From the NCBI GenBank assembly GCA_965224025.1, contig OZ245033.1, positions 3,968,001 to 4,032,000 of the forward strand: 64,000 nt of DNA. The letters are read 5' to 3'. Below the pieces are notes generated by a model. The model was not told the DNA's origin. It searched no databases and saw only the letters and a program-made list of their open reading frames with translations. This DNA comes from Candidatus Multivorans sp. GTDB lineage: Bacteria > Acidobacteriota > Thermoanaerobaculia > Multivoradales > Multivoraceae. Below are positions 33,986 to 41,434 of this stretch, in pieces; position 1 is the stretch's first letter, and every line of letters begins with the position of its first letter. A program made the position numbers and the translations under genes.

Positions 33986-34972
33986 TCAGCGACCTGGAGA
34001 AACAGTCGCCGCCCACGCCAGCACGCCGGCCAGACCGGCATCCGTGCCGAGAACGGCCGGTTCGACGCGCACATCGTCGACCGGGAACACGCGCACGCGC
34101 TCGGCCAACTCCTGGCGGACGCCGTCGAACAGCAGGTCGCCGAGGCCGGCGACGCCGCCGCCAAGCACGATGAGCTCCGGATGGAGGGCAACGACGACGT
34201 TGGCCACGGCAATGCCGACGAGGCCCGCGATCCGTTCCAGTTCCCGAGTGACCGCCTCGTCGCCGGCCCTGGCGGCCTCGCCCATCGTCTCGGCCGTCAC
34301 CCGGCCCGCGCCTCCTCCCGCGAGTTCGAACAGCCGCGGCGCCTGGCCCGAGCGCAGAAGCCGGACGCCGGCGCCGGCGATCGCCGGGCCGCTCGCCACC
34401 GCCTCCAGGCAGCCGCGATTGCCGCAGCCGCAGAGCGGGCCGGTCGGGTCGACGATCTGGTGGCCGAGTTCTCCCGCCGAACCAAGCGGTCCCAGACGTA
34501 GCTTGCCGTCCACCACGACGCCGCCTCCGATCCCGGTGCCGAGCGCGAACAGAGCCATCGTCGACGTTCCGCGCCCGGCGCCCAGCGTGAACTCGCCCAG
34601 GGTCGCGGCACGGACGTCGTTCAGGAGATGGACGGGTGCCTCCAACCGTTCGCCGAGAATCCGCGCCACTGGTACGTTGCGCCACTGGGTCGGCAGGTTG
34701 GGCAGGAAGCGGGTTGTCCCGGCCTCGAGATCCACCAAACCCGGACAGCCGACGCCAACCGCGGCGGGGCGCTCACCGACCTCCTGCCCAAGTTCCAGGA
34801 TGCCCGTGGCGATCCGGTCAAGCACCGGTTTCCACCCGTCATAACCGCCGCCTTCGAGGTTCCTCCTCGCAACCAGACGGTACTCGCCCGCCGCCGGGTC
34901 GACGGACCCCAGCGCCAGCCCGATGTGGGAACCGCCGAGATCGACGGCGCCGTATAGCCCTTCAGCGGTCAT
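33986..34972 (-). CDS. ROK family sugar kinase (glucokinase-like)
   Basis: VDLGGS, NDVRAA, LGTGIGGG, GELGH, CGCGNRGCLE. Confidence 0.93.
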   Translation of the reverse strand: MTAEGLYGAVDLGGSHIGLALGSVDPAAGEYRLVARRNLEGGGYDGWKPVLDRIATGILELGQEVGERPAAVGVGCPGLVDLEAGTTRFLPNLPTQWRNVPVARILGERLEAPVHLLNDVRAATLGEFTLGAGRGTSTMALFALGTGIGGGVVVDGKLRLGPLGSAGELGHQIVDPTGPLCGCGNRGCLEAVASGPAIAGAGVRLLRSGQAPRLFELAGGGAGRVTAETMGEAARAGDEAVTRELERIAGLVGIAVANVVVALHPELIVLGGGVAGLGDLLFDGVRQELAERVRVFPVDDVRVEPAVLGTDAGLAGVLAWAATVSPGR

Positions 34973-34982
34973 CGGGCACGCA

Positions 34983-35048
34983 CCGGATGCGGGCAGGATG
35001 CCCGCGTTCCCAGGGCCGGATGCGGGCAAGATGCCCGGGTTCCCAAGG
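34983..35048 (-). repeat. Two tandem REP-like palindromes
   Basis: CCGGATGCGGGCAGGATGCCCGCGTTCCCAGG and a variant immediately following. Confidence 0.8.
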
Positions 35049-35110
35049 GCAGACGGCGCGCCCAACGGTGTGGACGCGCCGCATATCGAAGACTCTTCGT
35101 TGTGGGGCGG

Positions 35111-36454
35111 TTACTGACCGCCGCCGGCCGCAGGCGTCGCGGTCGCCGGGGCGTCCTCCGCCTCGGTGACCTGCTCGTCGCCCCGATCCTCCGAGTAGTC
35201 GATGAAGCCGATCATCATCTCGTCGGTGGTCGGACCGCCGAAGCGGATGGCGCGGGTGGTGTCGAGCTCCAGGACAGTGGCTTCGTTCCGCTCCTCGGTG
35301 TTGACGTAGGTCATCAGCACGTCGATACGGGTGCCGGCCGGTATGTCCTTCGGCTCCTTGTAGGTGTAGTTCGCCTGCCAGTTCCAGTCGTAGGCCGGAA
35401 CGTTGAGCAGAACCTCCTCGGTGCCGTCGGGGTAGTACGCGGTGTACTTCGCGTCCAGACCGCGCAGATGGGAGTGCGGCAGGTAGCCGTAGATCGTGGC
35501 GGGGTACTCGAAGACCTTGGAGGCGCCGATCACCCAGTTCTCATGGCCCGGCGGGATCTCGAAGTCGCTGTTGCCGACGCCTTCCCACTTGACGATGCGG
35601 TCGATCTTCGCGTCCTTCGGGTGGAACTTGAAGGCCATCCGGGAGCGATCCCAGACGCCGGTGTCCACGCCCGGCTCCTTGTTGTAGTGCATCGAGAAGT
35701 AGAGCTGGGTGCCCGGCACCAGCAAGCGGCCGGCGCCGTCAGGAAGCTGGAAGGGCTCGGTGCCGGGAGCGATGCCGCCGATCAGGCCCGCGGCACCGGG
35801 CGTCTCGGTCTCGGCGGCGATCCGGGAACCGACGACGTGATGAACCACGTCACTGCCGGGCCGGAACTCGATCGCCTTGATCCAGCGCGGCTCGGAGAGC
35901 ATCTCATCCGTGATCATCTCGGCCTTCAGGCTGATGTTCAGGTCCTTCACGTCGTCGTCGACCCAGAACGGCTCGGCCAGATCGAGCACCAGGTCCGGCT
36001 CGCCGATCAGCCATCCGGTCGGCCACTCGACCGGCGCCGGCGCCTTCGCCGGATCGCCGCGGCGGGCACCCGTGTTGGTCCAGGTGAGAAGCGTGTCGAT
36101 CTCCTCCTGGCTCAGAACCCGCTCGTTCGTGAACTGGCCGTGGGTCTCCTCGCTCGCGAACCAGGGCGGCATCCGCTTTGCCTCCACCTGGCGGGCGATG
36201 CTGCGGGCCCAGGGGCGGGCCTCCTCGTAGGTCGTCAACGCCATCGGCGCCTTCATGCCGCCGTAGGCGACGCCCTCGGGGCGATGGCAGCCCTGACAGG
36301 AGCGCTGCAGGATCGGCTCGACGTCTTCATGGAACGTCACAACGTCCTTGGACGCGTTGGGGCCGGCGGCGAAAGCCGGAGCGGCAGCGACAAGCAGCAC
36401 GGCGACAAGAGCGCAGCAGCGCCAACGGTTGGAAATCACGAGGTTGGAGATCAC
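35111..36454 (-). CDS. Secreted cytochrome c plus copper type II monooxygenase-like protein
   Basis: RBS GGAGG and GTG; signal peptide; CQGCH, MPPW, VVHH, PHSH, DEMM. Confidence 0.8.
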   Translation of the reverse strand: MISNLVISNRWRCCALVAVLLVAAAPAFAAGPNASKDVVTFHEDVEPILQRSCQGCHRPEGVAYGGMKAPMALTTYEEARPWARSIARQVEAKRMPPWFASEETHGQFTNERVLSQEEIDTLLTWTNTGARRGDPAKAPAPVEWPTGWLIGEPDLVLDLAEPFWVDDDVKDLNISLKAEMITDEMLSEPRWIKAIEFRPGSDVVHHVVGSRIAAETETPGAAGLIGGIAPGTEPFQLPDGAGRLLVPGTQLYFSMHYNKEPGVDTGVWDRSRMAFKFHPKDAKIDRIVKWEGVGNSDFEIPPGHENWVIGASKVFEYPATIYGYLPHSHLRGLDAKYTAYYPDGTEEVLLNVPAYDWNWQANYTYKEPKDIPAGTRIDVLMTYVNTEERNEATVLELDTTRAIRFGGPTTDEMMIGFIDYSEDRGDEQVTEAEDAPATATPAAGGGQ

Positions 36455-36547
36455 GAGCGTCCTCCCGGGTCCAGGGTTGCTGGTTGGCGGTTCAGAATCT
36501 TCCGGCAATGTACCACGTCCGGGCTGCTTCGCCCAAACGGAAAGCGC

Positions 36548-36710
36548 TGTCCAACGAGAAGTGATCGTGAGTCGCCGGTGTCGGCGATCATCGGAGAATG
36601 ATCGTGAGGCCACAGACGCACGGTCTAAAGACGCTGGACGACGTACGGGCCTTCCTGGTCGGCAGCGGAGGCGTGGACCTGGAACCCTTGGACCGGGAGG
36701 TCGGCGTACC
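36548..36710 (+). pseudogene. Possible 5' stub of an integrase-type IS transposase
   Basis: ATG 36598 MIVRPQTHGLKTLDDVRAFLVGS resembles N-termini of rve-type IS proteins, from recall only. Confidence 0.3.
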
Positions 36711-36884
36711 GGCGCCCCCGGGACGGTGTTCGAGATCGAGAAGACGAAGGCCGTGACGGTTCCGATCGGCGAGCGCAGCAAGCCGAGGCCGGGAGGTCGG
36801 CCGGGGTTCCTGCGGGGCGAGGTAGTGGACGAGAGAAGGCCGTACAAGGGAGCGCTACCGCTACCAGGACACCATGACCGTCTC

Positions 36885-36986
36885 TTGAGGCAAGTTTCGG
36901 CCAGAGCCATGCATCGACCGTTCGCCCACAGGCAACGGCGAAGTCCGCAAGAACATGCTCGTCGGTCTGAGGCGAAGCCTCGCTGG
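36885..36986 (-). mobile_element. Degenerate copy of the CTAG-ended non-autonomous element
   Basis: TTGAGGCAAGTTTCGGCCAGAGCCATGCATCGA and AACATGCTCGTCGGTCTGAGGCGAAGCCTCGCTGG are reverse complements of parts of 38222-38356. Confidence 0.8.
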
Positions 36987-37013
36987 TATTGGACAAGGAT
37001 GCCTGGCTCGCGC

Positions 37014-37817
37014 TCAACACTGCGCCATCGCCGCAAGCTCCGGCACTCGGCTGCGAAGCCTCCGTCTGAACGCTCCGCTCTCCGTGCAGGCCACGCTCAG
37101 GGTGTCGGCCACGATCGCCTCCAATTCCGGGGGCAGGGGCTCTTCCAGATCCCAGGTCAACGCGTGCACGACGCCGTCCAGGCGCATGTCCAGGCTGATG
37201 CGGCGGCCCCAGCTCCGTCGAAGCCCCAACTCCCATTCGCGCGCTCCGGGGCACGCCTCCCCGTCACCGAGGCGCCCGAAGGACCAGCCCGGGCCGCATG
37301 TGCCTGCCGCGAGACTTTCAAGTTCCGGGACGGTCCACGCCTCCGCCAGGGCACGCATTTGCCCTTCGTTCATCGAATCGCAGAGTGTCGCTTCGTGTTT
37401 CATGTACGTAACGCCTCCGGTCAGGTTGACCTTGAAGCTCTGGAAGGAACCCGCGGGAGCAACTACGTCCAGGCTCAGCAGCTTCTTCGGCCTCCAGCCC
37501 GCTCCCTGGCCGGGGAAGAGGCACACGGGGTCGATGTAGGCGCAGGCCGAGACCGCCAGCAGCGCGGCCGCGGCAGCTAGTCTCCCCAGCGGTAGATGCG
37601 CCTGGAGGCCGCCGCGCAGCGATCCCGTGCTTGGGCTGGCGCCGCCAGATCGGTCCGAGGTGCCGCCATTGGCCCCCGCCTGCAGGCGCCAGCAACCCGT
37701 GCGGAAGGACTCGCTCCTTTGCGCGCTGCGGCACAAGCTGCCAAGTCCGGGGCCGTCTTGTTTGCTGTCAGCGAACCGCGGGCCCATCGCACTGGTGATC
37801 CGGAGGCGAGACCGCAA
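37014..37817 (-). CDS. Hypothetical Cys-containing putative lipoprotein; start uncertain
   Basis: LAAAAALLAVSAC lipobox-like stretch; directly downstream of the PLA2-like gene. Confidence 0.5.
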   Translation of the reverse strand: MRSRLRITSAMGPRFADSKQDGPGLGSLCRSAQRSESFRTGCWRLQAGANGGTSDRSGGASPSTGSLRGGLQAHLPLGRLAAAAALLAVSACAYIDPVCLFPGQGAGWRPKKLLSLDVVAPAGSFQSFKVNLTGGVTYMKHEATLCDSMNEGQMRALAEAWTVPELESLAAGTCGPGWSFGRLGDGEACPGAREWELGLRRSWGRRISLDMRLDGVVHALTWDLEEPLPPELEAIVADTLSVACTESGAFRRRLRSRVPELAAMAQC

Positions 37818-38221
37818 CTTCTACTCCTCGATGGGCCCGGAGGGACACCTCGGGTCAGGCGGGCAGCACGAGGAGGCCCTGCCATGTTCCCCGATGGCTC
37901 TGCACATGTCCGGGTTGCAGAGAGCACACTGCGCCTCTGCGAACTGCTCCAGGTTGAGCGACACGCCAACGAACGCCGCAGTGGCGGCGCTCTCGCACAG
38001 CTTCCTGAACTTCTTGATCTCCGTCTTGCTCGATCCAGCGGCCCTCATGAACACCTCCGCTGCCGTGCATATAGCCAGCAAGTCTCCGTACAACCTCAAG
38101 TCGCACCCCACCTTCAGGCCAAATCCGGGAAACCCCGTGGCACACGACCCCGGTGTTCGCCAGCAAAGGTCGTGGCGGAGGCACGAGTCCAAGAGCGCAC
38201 GGTCCAAGCGGTGCTGCACCA

Positions 38222-38356
38222 CTAGCGAGGCTTCGCCTCAGACCGACGAGCATGTTCCTTGCGGCCTCGGCGGTCGCCCGCGGGCGACGTATCGATGCAT
38301 GGCTCTGGCCGAAACTTGCCTCAACTGTAAAGGTCACGCCTGCTCAAGGTATCTAG
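38222..38356 (+). mobile_element. 135-bp non-autonomous element (MITE-like) bounded by CTAG
   Basis: First 34 nt identical to one end and 39 subterminal nt identical to the other end of the 41435-43295 element. Confidence 0.88.
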
Positions 38357-39435
38357 TGTAGTGTCTCCAACATGGCTTTACTACGTGTAACCTTTGCGAC
38401 GATGCTGTCGGCGGTGGCCGTCCAGACGAACGGCCGGGAGTTTTCGTTGCTGTGGTCCACATAGTCGTAGATGGTCTTTACGAGGTCGTTGACGCTCTGG
38501 AATGCACCGCGCCGGATCGCCTTCGTGGTCAGACCGCCCAGCCAGCGTTCGACCAGGTTAAGCCAGGGCGACGAAGTGGGAATGAAATGGAGGTGGAAGC
38601 GAGGCTTTCGCTCCAGCCATGCGCGCACGGCGGCGTGTTTGTGGGTCTGGTAGTTGTCCAGGATCAGGTGCAGGTCGAGGTGCTTTGGGATCTCACGGTC
38701 GAGACGCTTGAGGAAACGGAGAAACTCCTGGTGGCGCTGCCGGCCCATGCACTCCGCGATCACCGTGCCCTCCAACACGTTCAGCGCAGCGAACAACGTC
38801 GTCGTCCCGTTGCGCTTGTAGTCGTGGGTCATCGTTCCCGCGCGGCCGCGCTTGAGCGGCAAACCCGGCTGGGTCCGGTCCAGAGCCTGGATCTGGCTCT
38901 TCTCGTCCACGCACAGCACAAGCGCATTCTCGGGCGGATTCCGGTACAGGCCCACAACGTCCCGCAGCTTTTCCACGAACCTGGGGTCGTTACTCAGCTT
39001 GAACGTCCTGACCAGATGGGGCTTCAGCCCGTGCGCCGCCCAGATGCGCTGGACCGCCGCCGGACTGATGCCCTGGGCCCGAGCCATCGAACGCACGCTC
39101 CAGTGGGTCTGACCGGGCGGCTTCTCGTGCAGCGTCGCTTCGATCACTTTACGCACGACCGACTCCGAGAGCGGCGGCTTTCCGCAACCGCGGGGACGAT
39201 CCCTGGTCAGCCCCGAAGGCCCGTCCTCCGCGAACCGACGACGCCACAGCAGCACCGTGGGCCGCGAAACTCCGAGTTTCGCCGCGATCGCCCGATTGGC
39301 CGTGCCCTCCGCCGCAGCGAGCACGATCCGGCTACGCCGGACCGTGCGTTGCGGCGTCGTCGGCGCCTCTACGCATTTCTTGAGAAGCGCTCGATCGCTC
39401 TCTTCGATGTCAAGTCGTTCCGCTGGTTCCCACAT
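38353..39435 (-). CDS. IS630 family transposase
   Basis: CVDEKSQIQALDR, THDYKRNGT, ILDNY, WLNLVERW. Confidence 0.95.
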   Translation of the reverse strand: MWEPAERLDIEESDRALLKKCVEAPTTPQRTVRRSRIVLAAAEGTANRAIAAKLGVSRPTVLLWRRRFAEDGPSGLTRDRPRGCGKPPLSESVVRKVIEATLHEKPPGQTHWSVRSMARAQGISPAAVQRIWAAHGLKPHLVRTFKLSNDPRFVEKLRDVVGLYRNPPENALVLCVDEKSQIQALDRTQPGLPLKRGRAGTMTHDYKRNGTTTLFAALNVLEGTVIAECMGRQRHQEFLRFLKRLDREIPKHLDLHLILDNYQTHKHAAVRAWLERKPRFHLHFIPTSSPWLNLVERWLGGLTTKAIRRGAFQSVNDLVKTIYDYVDHSNENSRPFVWTATADSIVAKVTRSKAMLETLH

Positions 39436-39494
39436 GAACGGAATACTGACGAACTTAACCGAAACTGTCAACCCATGTCGGAGACACTACACTA
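38354..39494 (-). mobile_element. IS630-family element with TA duplication
   Basis: TIRs GTGTAGTGTCTCC(A/G)ACATGG (19/20) at 38356 and 39492, each flanked by TA within CTAG. Confidence 0.93.
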
Positions 39495-39851
39495 GTGGGA
39501 GCATCAAGCTACAGCCATCCGGATCAGGCAGCGTCGACTGCTGGATCGACGCCGTCGGTTCGATTGCCCCAATGGGAGCCTCGGAGCGCTCGATATCGAC
39601 GACCAACCACTCGTTGTCTCGATCCTGCGGCGAGACGGCGGTCGCCAAGGCTACGGTGGCGAAGAAGAAAGCGAGAACGCTCAACGGCGTGCGATGGATC
39701 CGAGTCTCTCGGTTCATTGGAGGACCTTCGCTTGTTCAGGCGAGGAGCGTAGCACGCTGGGACAAGGCTCTTCGTGTCGCGGTTCTGGCAGCAACTTGCT
39801 CCCTCTATTGCCCTTGAACGCACGTCAAAGGCGTGAACCCGAGTGCCTAGC

Positions 39852-39895
39852 CTAGACTCCTTGAACAGGCGTGACCTGTCAAGTTTGGCCGAGGG
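39852..39895 (-). mobile_element. Divergent terminus of the CTAG-ended element family
   Basis: CTAGACTCCTTGAACAGGCGTGACCTGTCAAGTT versus CTAGATTCCTTGAGCAGGCGTGACCTTTACAGTT. Confidence 0.7.
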
Positions 39896-40002
39896 ACCTT
39901 GCCAGTTCGGTGCCCGCAAGTCGCCGATGTCTGATCTCTGGATAATGGGATGGTCCGCCCCGCACCTTTTACGGCCTCAGATGGGCCAGGATGGTGTTTT
40001 TT

Positions 40003-41353
40003 GCCTCTTTCGAGTTGCGAGTGGGTAGGGCGCGGGCGAGTGCAGATGCTGAGGGGGTCTTGGGATAGCGGCCTCCGCCGCCGTAGCCGCCGCCGTCGGG
40101 CTGTGGAATCTGCGGAAGACCGGTAGCGGCGAGGGCGCAAGCTGTCCGGTGGGGAGGGCGTTCGCGGCGATTTCGGGTGGCGGCGGTAGTCGCGGGCGAT
40201 CGGAATGAGCAAGACTCGTCTCTCCTGTTCCGACTGAAGGAGGACGAGAGATGCAGAGGGAATTGTTCGCGAGAGCGCTGGGCGTGTCGGCGCCGTGGTT
40301 CGTTGACGGCGTGGACTTCTGTGAGAGGGAGCGTCGGTTGACGATACGGATCGACTTCAGGAAGGGCAGCCGATTCGCCCACGAGGGGGACGGCGGTTCT
40401 CATCCGGTGCACGACACGCAGATCAAGCGCTATCGGCACCTCAACTTCTTCCAGCACGAGTGCCTGCTCGAGGCGCGAGTGCCCCGTGTGCGACTCCCCG
40501 ACCAGCGGGTGGCGTTGGTGACTCCGCCCTGGTCGGGCAGATTGTCCGGCTTCACGCTGCTGTTCGAAGCCTTGATTCTGGCCATGTGCCGAGACATGAC
40601 CTTCGCTGCGGTGGCCCGGTTGACCGGGGTGTCGTGGCATCGGGTGCACGCGATCTGCAAGCGCTACGTCGAGCTGGCGGTCGACCGGGACGACCTCTCC
40701 GAACTGCGCCACGTGGCCATTGACGAGACTTCCCGCGCCAAGGGGCACGACTACGTGACCGCGGTCGCCGACAGCGAGCGCCGGCGCGTGGTGTTCCTCG
40801 CCGAGGGACGCAAGTCCGGCACGATCGAGGAGTTCGCCGACGATCTGCAAAGGCGCGGCGGCGATCCCGCCGCGATCAGCCGGGCGTCCATCGACATGTC
40901 GGCCGCCTTCCTCAAGGGCGTCGCCGAGAATCTCCCCAACGCCGAGGTGACCCTCGACCGCCTCGTCAAGAGGGTCGCCGGCCGACGCACCGCACGCGCC
41001 TGGCTCTACCGGGAGCAGCTTCGCGAAATCCTCAACCGCAAGCAGATCAACGTCGTGCTGCGAATGCTCCATCAGTGGTGCACCAACGTGAACCGCTCCA
41101 AGGTCGAACCCATGAAGGCCGTCGCCCGCACCATCCGAAAGCACCTGCAAGCGATCGCTGCCTGGGCGCGAACCCGGCAGACCAACGGCTTCCTCGAAGC
41201 CCTCAACGGACTCTTCCAGTCCGCCAAACGCAAGGCCAGAGACTACAAGCGATTCGACACCATACGCATCGCCTTCTTCCTCATCGCCGGCAAACTCGAC
41301 TTCCACACGCTCAACCCGCACACGGCCTGACCCACTCGTAATTCAAAAGAGCC
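40003..41353 (+). mobile_element. ISL3-family element
   Basis: IRs GCCTCTTTCGAGTTGCGAGTGGGT / ACCCACTCGTAATTCAAAAGAGCC; 8-bp target repeat TGTTTTTT / TGTTTTTC. Confidence 0.9.
40251..41330 (+). pseudogene. ISL3 transposase with in-frame internal deletion
   Basis: AIDET, SIDMS, TNGFLEALN present; the expected D-x-FH region is missing at VTLD/RLVK. Confidence 0.8.
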
Positions 41354-41434
41354 TGTTTTTCTCCAAACAACAAGGAGGAGGCGGACCGTGGAAGAGATTA
41401 CTCGAGTCGGGATCGATCTGGGGAAGCACGTGTA

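Larger units (their letters stand above)
37821..39717 (-). pseudogene. Secreted phospholipase A2-like gene split by a nested MITE plus IS630
   Basis: Joining 39717-39493 to 38222-37821 restores one frame of about 208 aa: signal peptide, DGCS, SCLRHDLCW, CDLRLYGDLLAIC. Confidence 0.75.

Noticed and set aside
34983-35048. Possible mini CRISPR array
   Set aside because: Two adjacent palindromes with no spacer, dispersed copies elsewhere, and no cas genes.
34973-35065. N-terminal extension of the ROK kinase
   Set aside because: It is the translation of tandem REP-like repeats; ATG 34972 fits the family start.
36455-37036. Long N-terminal extension of the 641-aa ORF
   Set aside because: Runs through repeat and IS-remnant DNA; RBS and signal peptide support a start at 36454.
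36885-38356. Composite transposon defined by inverted repeats
   Set aside because: The right copy splits a gene that continues beyond it, so independent insertions explain the layout better.
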